A stretch of 64,000 nt of DNA from Phaeosaccion multiseriatum (taxonomy: Eukaryota > Protista > Ochrophyta, other classes), in the NCBI GenBank assembly GCA_965112735.1, contig OZ218952.1, positions 5,394,001-5,458,000 of the forward strand. Reading direction: 5' to 3'. The notes beneath the pieces are model-generated. The model did no database searches. It worked only from the letters and a program-made list of their open reading frames with translations, and was not told the origin of the DNA. The translations under genes and the position numbers were made by a program. Below are positions 15,892 to 27,277 of the stretch, piece by piece (within the stretch, counting starts at the first letter, position 1; each line of letters starts with the position of its first letter).

Positions 15892-18565
15892 TCGGCTCCA
15901 GACTGGCCTAGAAGCCTAGGCCTAGAGACGAAATTCGGCCGGCCTAGGGGGGCCGCAGGCCCCCGGCCTAGGCCTAGAGGGGGGCGCAGATCCCCGGCCT
16001 AGGCCTATTTTTGGCGCAGCCCCCCCGGCCTAGGCCTATCGACCCTGGACAAGATTACGGTGTGCCGGCCGTAATCAGAATCAGATGATCTTGTGTCCAG
16101 GGTCGACTCCCTCCCTCCCTCCCTCCCTCCCTCCCTCCCTCCCTCCCTCCCTCCCTCCCTCCCTCGCTCCCTCCCTCCCTCCCTCCCTCCCTCCCTCCCT
16201 CCCTCCCTCCCTCCCTCCCTCCCTCCCTCCCTCCCTCCCTCCCTCCCTCCCTCCCTCCCTCCCTCCCTCCATCCCTCCCTCCATCCCTCCCTCCCTCCCT
16301 CCCTCCCTCCCTCCATCCATCCATCCATCCTTCCCTCCCACCCTCCCTGCCTCCCTCCCTCCCTACCTCCCGCTTTCTATCCCTGCCTGCCTCCCTCCCT
16401 CCCTCCCTCCCTCCCTCCCTCCCTCCCTCCCTCCCTCCCTCCCTCCCTCCCTCCCTCCCTCCCTCCATCCCTCCCTCCATCCCTCCCTCCCTCCCTCCCT
16501 CCCTCCCTCCATCCATCCATCCATCCTTCCCTCCCACCCTCCCTGCCTCCCTCCCTCCCTACCTCCCGCTTTCTATCCCTGCCTGCCTCCCTCCCTCCCT
16601 CCCTCCCTCCCGCTTTCTATCCCTCCCTGCCTCCCTCCCTCCTTCCCTCCCTACCTCCCTGCCTCCCTCCCTCCCTCCCTCCCTCCCTCCCTCCCTCCCT
16701 CCCTCCCTCCCTCCCTCCCTCCCTCCCTCCCTCCCTCCCTCCCTCCCTCCCTCCCTCCATCCTTCCCTCCCACCCTCCCTGCCTCCCTCTCGGCTTCAGA
16801 CTGGCCTAGAAGCCTATGCTCTAGGCCCTAGGCCGAGCGGCCTACGCCCGCTCTAGGCCTAGGCCGGCGGCCGTTGGCCGCTCTAGGCCGGCCATTTTCT
16901 CTCCCTAGGCCGGCGGTTCTAGGCCTAGGCCTCGACCTATCTGATTAGTAATTACCGCCGGCGCAGCCGGCCTGATTACTGAATATGACCGGCGCCAGCC
17001 GGCCTGAGTACTGATTATGCGCCAACCGGGGGCTGATTACTGATTACGGCCGGCGCACACCGTAATCTTGTCCAGGGTCGAAGGGAGGGAGGGAGGGAGG
17101 GAGGGAGGAAGGAAGGGAGGGAGGGAGGGAGGGAGGGAGGGAGGGAGGGAGGGAGGGAGGGAGGGAGGGAGGGAGGGAGGGAGGGAGGGAGGGAGGGAGG
17201 GAGGGAGGGAGGGAGGGAGGGAGGGAGGGAGGGAGGGAGGGAGGGAGGGAGGGAGGGAGGGAGGGAGGGAGGGAGGGAGGGAGGGAGGGAGGGAGGGAGG
17301 GAGGGAGGGAGGGAGGGAGGGAGGGAGGGAGGGAGGGAGGGAGGGAGGGAGGGAGGGAGGGAGGGAGGGAGGGAGGGAGGGAGGGAGGGAGGGAGGGAGG
17401 GAGGGAGGGAGGGAGGGAGGGAGGGAGGGAGGGAGGGAGGGAGGGAGGGAGGGAGGGAGGGAGGGAGGGAGGGAGGGAGGGAGGGAGGGAGGGAGGGAGG
17501 GAGGGAGGGAGGGAGGGAGGGAGGGAGGGAGGGAGGGAGGGAGGGAGGGAGGGAGGGAGGGAGGGAGGGAGGGAGGGAGGGAGGGAGGGAAGGAGGGAGG
17601 GAAGGAGGGAGGGAGGAGGGAGGGAGGGAGGGAGGGAGGGAGGGAGGGAGGGAGGGAGGGAGGGAGGGAGCAGCCGGCCTGTTTACTGATTATGACCGGC
17701 GCCAGCCGGTCTGGTTGCTTACAGCCGGTGACCAGCCGGCCTGATTACTGATTTTGCGCCGGCCGGGGGCTGATTACCGGTTACGGCCGGCGCACACCGT
17801 AATCTTGTCCAGGGTCCTAGGCCGGGAGGGCTGCGCCCAAAATAGGCCTAGGCCGGGGACCTGCGGCCCCCCTAGGCCGGCCGAATTTCGTCTCTAGAGG
17901 CCTAGGCTTCTAGGCCAGTCTGGAGCCGATCCCTCCCTCCCTCCCTCCCGCTTTCTATCCCTGCCAACCTCCCTCCCTCCCTCCCTCCCTCCCGCTTTCT
18001 ATCCCTCCCTGCCTCCCTCCCTCCTTCCCTCCCTACCTCCCTGCCTCCCTGCCTCCCTCCCTCCCTCCCTCCCTCCCCACCTCCCTCCCTCCCTCCCTCC
18101 CTGCCTGCCTGCCTGCCTCCCACCCTCCCTCCCTGCCTCCCTCCCTCCCTGCCTCCCTCCCTCCCTGCCTCCCACCCTCCCTCCCTCCCTCCCTCCCTCC
18201 CTCCCTCCCTCCCTCCATCCATCCATCCCTCCCTCCATCCATCCCTCCCTCCGTCCCTCCCTCCCTCCCTCCCTCCCTCCCTCCCTCCATCCCTCCATCC
18301 CTCCCTCCCACCCTCCCTCCCTCCGTCCCTCCCTCCCTCCCTCCCTCCCTCCGTCCCTCCCTCCCTCCCTCCCTCCGTCCCTCCGTCCCTCCCTCCCTCC
18401 CTCCATCCCTCCCTCCCACCCTCCCTGCCTCCCTCCCTGCCTCCCTCCCTCCCTCCCTCCCTCCCTCCCTCCCACCCTCGCTGCCTCCCTCCCTGCCTCC
18501 CTCCCTCCCTCCCTCCCTCCCTCCGTCTCCCTCCCTCCCTCCCTCCCCTCCCTTTGACCCTGTTG
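15892..18565 (+). mobile_element. Family-B composite element, copy 1 (older, interrupted, right arm missing)
   Basis: Starts TCGGCTCCAGACTGGCCTAGAAGCC as at 63004. Contains an internally deleted family-C MITE (16039-16106) and degenerate (CCCT)n at 16107-18553, split by copy 2. A TTGACCCTG remnant of the second C is at 18554. Confidence 0.8.
16790..17929 (-). mobile_element. Family-B composite element, copy 2, inserted into the microsatellite of copy 1
   Basis: TIRs TCGGCTTCAGACTGGCCTAGAAGCCT / AGGCTTCTAGGCCAGTCTGGAGCCGA. TSD TCCCTC at 16784-16789 and 17930-17935. Reverse-complement match to 63004-63990, with (AGGG)n at 17082-17668. Confidence 0.9.
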
Positions 18566-19084
18566 TCGACCCCTGACACACTATCGCCCACATTCTCGAT
18601 AGCGCGCTATTGGCCGCGGCCGATAGCGGATAGCGTGCCGGCTGGCGCCGGCCGATAGCGGATAGCGCGCCGGCTGGCGCCGGCCGATAGCGGATAGCGC
18701 GCCGGCTGGCGCCGGCGATAGCGGATAGCGTGCCGGCTGCGCCGGCGATAGCGGATAGTGTGTCAGTCGACCCCTGACACACTATCCGCTATCCGCTATC
18801 GCCGGCGCCAGCCGGCGCGCTATCCGCTATCGCCGGCGCAGCCGGCACGCTATCCGCTATCGCCGGCGCCAGCCGGCGCGCTATCCGCTATCGGCCGGCG
18901 CCAGCCGGCGCGCTATCCGCTATCGGCCGGCGCCAGCCGGCACGCTATCCGCTATCGGCCGGCGCCAGCCGGCGCGCTATCCGCTATCGCCGGCGCCAGC
19001 CGGCACGCTATCCGCTGGGGGGGCCGATAGCGCGCTATCGAGAATGTGGGCGATAGTGTGTCAGGGGTCGATGTCAGGGGTCGA
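18566..19084. mobile_element. Family-A MITE, outer copy
   Basis: TIR TCGACCCCTGACACACTATC / GATAGTGTGTCAGGGGTCGA (right TIR split by the inner copy). TSD CTGTTG at 18560-18565 and 19085-19090. Internal GATAGCG and GCCGGC subrepeats. Confidence 0.9.
18767..19071. mobile_element. Family-A MITE, inner copy in opposite orientation
   Basis: Complete TIRs; TSD TGTCAG at 18761-18766 and 19072-19077, i.e. inserted inside the right TIR of the outer copy. Confidence 0.9.
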
Positions 19085-19424
19085 CTGTTGCGCGGTTGAT
19101 TGACCCCTCGCTGGGAAACGGAAACTTCCAATTTTCGCATCTTTTTTTTTTGTTGGGAAGAAAGGTTACCCCGCTGCTACTACTCTGCTGCGCCTGCTGC
19201 AGCCCTTCGCGTGTTGCCTCCACTATCTGGGACGTCTTCTTCCCTCTCGTCAGACTCGCCGTAGAGTGTATCCGATGGGGAGGGATTTGGGGAATGAATG
19301 TCCGGAACATCGCGTGAGCAAAGGCAGGAGGAGGAGTAGCAAGAGCAGCAGCCGAATAGGGTGCAGCATTTTAAGGGAGGGGGAGACGAGTAGGGGCAGG
19401 AGTAGTTGCAGCTGGGTCCTGACC

Positions 19425-22279
19425 ATGGGGGTGCTGGTCCTCGCCAGGGCGGCGACTTGTAATGCCTTCAGGACGCTGGTCCGGCCTACTACTGCAGCAG
19501 CAGGACGAAGGCTGTCCGTTGCAGCGGGATTAAGCACCAGTAGACCTCATTCAACAGCAGTAGCAACAGCAGCAGGAGGAGGAGGAGGCGGGGGCTTCGG
19601 CCGCATGGGAAATAGGCACCAATTTGGCGGGGGGAGAAGCAGCAGTAGTGGTCGAAAGAGGTACGTAAGCAGAGGATATATATATATATCAGTGCTCGTC
19701 GCTGTATGTTGCAAGTCTCCGTGTCCTCTCCCCACACTCTCTTTCACACTCTTTCCTCTCCTCCGGCACGCTGCAAGATGATGTAAGCACCACGTACGAT
19801 GCACACACACACCTCGCCCACCGGCACCCCCCCACACCCCCTTTCCAACTCAGTCCTTCGACCCTAACCAACATCGATCCCAAGGGATCCGCAATATACC
19901 GACACAAGGACCAATGCGATAGCATCTGCTTTTGCGCCAACCTTCCCTGATCCTCTCCCCTGTCCCCTCTCCTCTTCTACCCCCCTTCCCTTCCCTTCCC
20001 CAGCACGAGCGACGACGTGGGTGCAGAGATCGGAGAGGGCTGGGCCATGCACCCCGGCCCTGCTGAGCACAGCGACGGCCGAACGAGTAGCGTGGGCACT
20101 GTGGCTCCTCATAGCGCCGACACGATGGAGGATCACCCCCGCCGCATCACAGGAGAGAATCACATCTTCTGCAATCGGGAGATCAACCTGTCCAAGGTAA
20201 CGTACATGTGTGTGTGTGTGTGTGGGTGTGGGTGTGCGTGTGTGTGTGTGCGCGCGCGCGCGTGTGTGTGTGTGTGTGCGTGTGTGTATGTGTGTGCGTG
20301 TGTTTCTGTGTGTGCTTGGAGCTTGGAGCTTGGGCTTGTTTTTGATTGGTTGGTGGCGTAATAATATAATATTTGCGATGCTCCCTCCGCATGTTTTTTC
20401 TTCTCTGTATCTCTTTGTGTGTCTCTCTCTGCCTCTTCCCCTCTCTCCATCTCTACTCCCCCCTGCACTATCTGAAGCCCCCCCACCATCCCTCCCACCC
20501 CCCCTGCCCACCACAGATGCAGGCAGTGGGCTTCGATATGGACTACACGCTCGCTCAGTACTACTCGTCCTTCGACCTCCTCGCCTTTGATGGAGCCAAA
20601 GCTAAAATGGTAAGCAAGCAAGAGGAAGGAAGGAACTGTCCATGGCCGTGTGTGTGTGTGCGTGCGTGTGTGCGTGCGTGCGTGCGCCGCCCTCCTTTCT
20701 CCTGAAACCCCATGCGTCCTTTACCTCTCCGTAGCTCTCTTTAGCTCTCCTTGCTCACCCTCGTCTCCGCCACTCTCAGAGCGTGTTTTTCTCTCTCTCC
20801 CTGTATCACCAACTTTCTCAGGTGAACGAGCTCAACTACCCCGAGGCTGTTATGGACTTCCCCTACAACCCCACGGCCTTCACGAGAGGGCTCGTCATTG
20901 ACAAGGAGCGAGGAAACTTCATCAAAGTAAGTCATCAAAATGCGTCAGGGCGGAGGATAGACCAACCCAACCCAACCTAACCCAACCTAACCCAACCCAG
21001 CCCAACCCAACCCAACCAGCTTAAGGCTTGAGTAGGCGGGTCGTCCGACCCAATCAGATTTGATACACACACGATTTTGCCTCTCCCCTCCCCTCCACTT
21101 TCCTCATGCGACGGTCTGTCTGTCTGTTTCTCTCTGTCTCTCTCTCCCTCTCTTTCCCCACCTCCCTCCCTCCCCCCTTCCTCCCCCCCTCCCCCCCATC
21201 CCTCCCCTCTCCCCTCCCTCCCTCCCTCCCTTCCCTTCACCCCACCCCCCCCCAGATGGACAGACACAAATACGTCCGTGTGGCCCATCATGGCTACCGT
21301 CGCCTCAAGAGCGAGGAGCGCAAGGCCATCTACCAGTCGTCTTTTAGCACTCAGAACACCGCCTTTACGGGGGCCAACTTTGTCAACATGGACACCCTCT
21401 TCAGTCTGGTGAGTTTCAGTTTCAGTTTCCTCGTTTGACCAATGTCGTTATCAGTCGCCTGCTCGCTACCTTCACTCACTTGCGTGTGTGTGCGTGCGTG
21501 TGTGTGTGCGTGCGTGCGTGCGTGTGTGTGTGCCTTTCTCAGGTCGACGCTTGCCTTTTCGCTCGGCTTGTGAACTACAAAGACGAGCACCCTGACGTGT
21601 TGCCGCAGGTGGGGGGAGGTGGGATGGCAGTGGATGGGGAGGGAGGGAGGGAGGGATGGCAGTGGATGTAAGTTTGGAGGCCGATGGATCTCGCTTGATC
21701 AGGAGGAATGCGCACGCAGGCATGGCAGTAGATGCGGCAGGAGTAGGAGGCTCATGTAGGACAGAACCCCCCCCCTCCCGGCCCTCCTTTGCCTCACAAC
21801 ACTCCGTCATCTCGACTACTTCACTGCCTGGTTCACTAACTGACTGTCTCACTGACTGACCGACCGATTGCCCGCCCTCTCTCCCCCCCTCTCTCCCTCC
21901 CTCCCTCCCTCCCTTCTTTCCTCCCTCCCTCCCTCCCTCTCTCCCTCTCTCCCTCCCTCTCTCTCTCTGTCATCCCTCCCCAGTCCTACGCCTCCCTCTA
22001 CCGAGACGTGCGCAAGTGCGTGGACGTGTGTCACCGCGACGGGGTGATCAAGGACAGGGTAGCGGAGGACCCAGCCAAGTACATCATGCCCGACCCCGAT
22101 ATGGTGCCCATGCTGAAGAGGCTCAAGGAGGAGGGCATCAAGGTAGGCAAGAGGGTGGGGGGGGGGGAGGGAGAGGGAGAGAGAGAGAGAGAGAGGGAGG
22201 GAGGCAGACAGAGAGAGAGACAGGGAGAGACAGAGGTCATGTGCCTCCTCCGTAGCTCGTTTGCTATGTGTGGGTGTGA

Positions 22280-22317
<38 letters not shown>

Positions 22318-25266
22318 TCCACCCTCTGTGGTGGTGTGTGCGCGTGTGTGGGTAGTTTTGTGTGTTGGAGCCCGCCCACCCCCGGGCATGACTCACTCAG
22401 TCTGAACCCCCCCCCCGCCCTCTCACCCGCTGCCCATACGCCTCTATCGCCTTCTCTCCTGCCCGCATGCCTCCATGTCCTCTACTCAGGTGTTCCTACT
22501 CACCAACTCCCTGTGGGATTACACCAATGTCGTCATGAACTTCCTCGTCGGAAACGACGTGCGTGCGTGCGTGTGTGTGTGTGTGTGTGTGAGCGCGTGC
22601 GTGTCTCAGTAACGTTTTCCGGCTTCTTGTCTCTGCCCTTGCCCCTCGTTCATACCCTATCCCTTTCCCTCTTCCCCTGAACCCCTCACCTCCGTCCGCT
22701 GCCATCCGCAGAAGGAGCACCGCAACACGGAGTGGGTGGACATGTTCGACATGGTCGTGGTTGGGGCGTGCAAGCCGGGCTTCCTCGCAGACCCCTACCT
22801 CACTCTTTTCCGAGTCGACACGGTACGTGACGCACGCACCGCCCGCCTACCTATTACGTAATTCTTAGGTTAATTCCCATGAGTCAGTAAATATGTCTAT
22901 CCCCCGCCTACTTACCACCACTGTCACACGTATAGATCATGTGAAGGGGATGGCAGTGGAGGGGGGGGATGAGAGGGCTCTGACTGCCGGCCTCTTTCTC
23001 TCTCGCCCTCCCTCTCTCTCACACACATCTCCCCATCCACTACCATCCCCCCTTCCATCCCCTTTCCCCCACCATTCTCTTCCCATCCACTGCCATCCAC
23101 CCCCCCCCCTCAGGAGAGGGACATGCTGCGCAACACGGACGGGGTCATCGGCAGCGACGTCGCCAAGTTCCTGGAGGAGGGCAGGGTGTTCCAGGTGCGG
23201 TAGTGGGGATGGCAGTTGATGGGGGGGGGGGGGGGGGGTGGCAGTGGATGGGGACAGGATGTCAGTGGTTGGGCAGGGCAGAGGATGGCAGTGGATGGAA
23301 AGGGTGGATGGAGAGGGCATGGAGAAGAGCAAGGTGTTCCAGTACCGTATTGACGTATGGGGATGGGAAGGGCAGAGGATGGCAGTGGATGGAGTGCCTT
23401 CATTCTTTCCTTCCTTCCTTCCTTACCTCCCTCCCTCCCCCACAGCATGAGGACGACCAGTGATGCCAGAGAAGGAAGATTATATTAGAGGCTTTGTCAT
23501 CCCCTCCCCACCCACTGCTTTCTCGCCTCACAGCCCCCCTCTCCTCTACCTTCCTCTCCTCTCCTCTCTCTCCCCTCCCCTTTCCCCTCCCTGCAGGGCG
23601 GCAACTGGCTGCACCTGCACGAGATGCTCTCTCTGTCATCGGGTGACCAACTGCTCTACGTAGGGGATCACATGTTCTCTGACATTGTCAAGAGCAAGCG
23701 GGCCGTGGGCTGGAGGACTTGCCTCATTGTGCCGGAACTCGAGAGGGAGGTGAAGGTGGGTGAGGTTCTGTAACGGTGGGTTATGTAGCGTAGGACATAG
23801 CATAGGACGTGGTGTAGAGCGTGCAGAGAGAGAGATGAAGGTGTGGGGGATGTGACGGAGGATGTAGCGTAGAAGTTGCGGAGAGAGATGCAATCCCTGA
23901 CTAAGTTACTCACTCACTCCCTCACTCACTCACCACACCACTCACTCGCTTATTCACATGACCACACCATATCAACACCACACAAAACCTCCTCCTCCTC
24001 CTCCTCCTCCTCCTCCGTCTCATCCTCTCCTCCCCCCAGACGCTGTACGACAACCTCGAGCTCCGTAAGCGCATCACTGAGCTGCGCAACCTTCAGTACG
24101 ACCTCGACGATTGGGCAGACACCCTCCGCCTCAGGCGCAGTCGGGCAGAGAAGGCCGGGAACTTGGACTATCTGCCAACGGTATGTATGTGATGCGTGTC
24201 TGTCGTGTTGTGACTTGGGCCACAATGAGGGGTGTGGGGACCCAACTCCGCCAGCTCTGCCTCTGTATCTCACCCAAGCGGCCCTATCTTCCCCTCCCCT
24301 CTCCCCCCCCCCTTATCCTCGCTTCCCTTCCCCTCTCAGAACCAGCGCCAACTGGAGGAGATGAGCGCGCAGCAGCGCACCGTCAAGAGCCTCCTTGCGC
24401 AGAAGAGCCTCAAATTCCATAGGGTGTGTGAGGAGGAGTGGAGAGAGAGGCAGGGATAGTTCCTTGGCTTGTAGGTTAAGGAAGCTGCTTGGGCATTTGC
24501 CTTGTGTAAGGAGTAGCCCGACCTAGGTTCCTTCACCTACTCTCTCTTACTTCCTCTCCCTCCTCCCTCCTCTTCCTCCCTCCCTCCCTCCCACCCACCT
24601 CTCCCTCTCTTTCCCCTGGCCTGTGAAACAGTCCTTCCACCCTACTTGGGGTCAACTGTTCAAGAGCGGTTACCAGGACAGCCGCTTCTCGCAACAGGTG
24701 ACCATGTACGCGTGTCTGTACACGTCCAGAGCCACCAATCTGCTGCAGATCTCCGCGTCAAGGTCCTTTAGGTGGGTGGCGGCAGGGGATAGGGGGGGGG
24801 GGCTAGGGATGGCACTGGATGGAGGTGGGGGGATGGCAATCGATGGGGGTGGGAGGATGGCAGTGGATGAAGGGCGCCCCAGCCGGGGGTGGATGGCGGA
24901 GAAGCTCTCGCCCCCTCGGCTCCACGGCTCGACCCAACCGACTACTTTCACGTATCCGCCAAATTCTGCTGCTGTACCACCAAGTGCTCCTGTATCACAA
25001 ACTCTCTCTCCCCTCTCTTCTTTGCGTGTTGGTTGCCCGCGACTGTCACTCACAACTGTCACTCTCACAGACCCCCTGGAGACAGCAGCCCCCATGACGC
25101 AATGCTTGAGATGGAGCCGCAGCTTGACCCCGACCCCTCTCGTCGTCTTCATCAGCTGCAGCAGGGAGAGGGGACAGGCGACAGGGCAGGAGTAGGCGGG
25201 GCAGGGCAGGGGGGGGGGGAGGGGGAGGAGGAGGGAAGTGATAGCGATGAAGAGGATACACCCTAA
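19425..25266 (+). CDS. HAD-superfamily (IG) 5'-nucleotidase, cN-II/NT5DC family, possibly organelle-targeted
   Basis: ~15 exons. Motifs IFCNREINL, AVGFDMDYTLAQY, RGLVID, VFLLTNSLWDYT, LYVGDHMFSDI, GWRTCLIVPELE, FHPTWGQLFKSGYQDSRF, YACLYTS. N-terminus MGVLVLARAATCNA-F. An alternative in-frame ATG exists at 19275. Confidence 0.92.
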
Positions 25267-25452
25267 GGCAGTGAGGCGTATGGGCAGGCAGATGGGCAGG
25301 CATATGGGCAGGCAGGTAGCCAGGCAGGCAAAGGAGGCAGAGGCCAAAGACGGACGGAACGACGGACCGACGGACGGACCAACTCTACGCACTGTGGGCG
25401 ACTGACAAAATTCGTGCACATGTATTTCATCTTTTTTACTTCATTAATTTTA

Positions 25453-26295
25453 TTAAAACATTCCCTCATTATAATTTCCACTAGGGTTAGCTTCGGGGGG
25501 CGGCGCGAACAAGGCGGTCGTGACGATGACGCACACCTGCTCTATGAAGCAGTCCAGCGACGCTGCCTCTCTCCGTGCAAAGGTCATCCACTCTCTCTCC
25601 GTGAGCCGTCTGCTAGCACTACAATTACTGCCACTACTAATACTACTACTACTATTCCTGCTGCTGCTACTGCTACTGCTGCCTTTCCCGCTGCTACTAC
25701 TCCCACCACCTCTTCCCTTTGAGTCTTTCGATGTACTGGAAGCAGTCCCTGCCCCCCCCCGGGGCCCTGCTGCAGACAGAAACTGACATTGCGCTGCCCC
25801 GGCGCACGCCATTGCCTCTAGCAGCGGCCCCACCTCCCCCAGGGGGTCCTCCGAGGCGGGCGCGTGTGTGGGTGCGGGCGTGTCCGTATGCTTCTCGCCC
25901 TGCTGCGGGGCCTTCTCCACTGGAGGGGGCTGCTGCTGCTGCTGCTCCTGCTGCTGCTGCTGCTCCTCCTCCTGCTGCTCCTCCTCCTGCTGCTGCTGCT
26001 GCTTTATCACCAACGGCTGCTGCTGTTGCCGTAGCTGCATGGCTGCTGCCTGGGTCTGGGCAGTGGCGGTGAGGGCGCTGTTATCGACGGCCACCATGTC
26101 CATCACAAGAGCCTTCAGATCAGCACCCGAGGCTCCTGAGTCCTGGCCGCCGCTACCCCCACCACTGTACATTGTGAATACGACTGTGGAGGGTGGGGGA
26201 AGAGGGGAGGGCGAGGGGCAGGGGGCAGGCAGGCGGCGCGGGTCGAGTCAGCAACGCAAGGCAGAAGGCATGGAAGGAGGAAGAAGACAATACTA

Positions 26296-26326
<31 letters not shown>

Positions 26327-27159
26327 CTGTGTGTGCGTCCGCCACTTCACTTACATCCCAGACGGGCCTGTTTGCTTGATACATTTCCGAGTGCGACGAA
26401 GGCGACGACATACTCCTGAGAGAAGAGACAGAGAGGTGTTCAGTCGAGGCACAATCTTGTGAGCTCGGAAGAGAGAGGGACTACTCCTCCTCACCTCTTC
26501 CGAACCTCTCCTACCACCACTTCCTCCCCTCCTCTCCCTCCGGGGCGCAAATAGCTTAAGGCCTTAGCTTAGACTAGTTCACACACGAGTCTGTAAGGAG
26601 TAGACCAATACCGCTCCTATAACTTTCTTCACTCTCCCGTTTATGCATAGTTTTGTTGCAAAGAGGGAGGACTAGATACGAAACCTCCATATTTTAAAAA
26701 GAACAGTCCCGATGGCTGCAAGGCTCTTGCACGCACCTCGTAGTCTACAGCTCCGTCTCCGTCGAGGTCGAGTGCGGAAAACACACGGGCTTTGACCTCG
26801 GCATCCCTTTGGCTGCTGCTGCCGAAGGCCCCGTGTCCGAGGCAGAGCGCCAGAAAGGCTTCTCGGGGCAGAACAAGCGCCGCATCCTCCTTGGTGTCCT
26901 CCTTGGTGATGGCCTTAACACTGAGAGGGGAAGCGGCAGCTGGAGGAGAGGCGACCCCTCCCTCCCCAGTGGTCTGCCCCGCTTCTGCGACGACGGGCAC
27001 CAGCCCCTCCAGCTTCAGGAAGCGACTACGCAGCCCCTTTTCTGCTTCCGAACCTAGAGCCTCCTTCGATGCCTTAAAGAGTGCCGCTTTCCTCGAGATC
27101 TCACTGTCTCCAATCCCACCGCCTGCTGCTGCACCACTGCTACTGCTGCTATTCCCCAT
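25453..27159 (-). CDS. N-myristoylated EF-hand protein (calcineurin-B/NCS-like, with low-complexity insertions)
   Basis: MGNSSS start at 27159; exons 27159-26737, 26415-26355, 26183-25453 are phase-consistent. Canonical EF loop VFSALDLDGDGAVDYEEYV, then ARLGFVFTMY. Confidence 0.7.
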
Positions 27160-27277
27160 CAAGGAAGAAAGTAGTGGAAGTCTCACGTGGAGCACCAACC
27201 GTTGAAGAAAAGAAGCGGCCACAACATAGATGGCACTTAACGGTTACAATATACAACTATCGACGAAAAAAGCTAAA
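27160..27277. promoter_or_regulatory. Compact bidirectional promoter/5'UTR region
   Basis: Only 118 nt separate the divergent ATGs of the EF-hand and aquaporin genes; locally A/T-richer. Inferred from position only. Confidence 0.5.

Noticed and set aside
20962-21017. (CCCAA/CCTAA)n as an interstitial telomere
   Set aside because: Short, degenerate intronic pentamer; the host telomere repeat is unknown, so it cannot be supported.
24471-24540. ~70-bp imperfect intronic palindrome as a MITE or pre-miRNA
   Set aside because: Arms are mismatched, no TSD, and only a weak partial second match near 26590.
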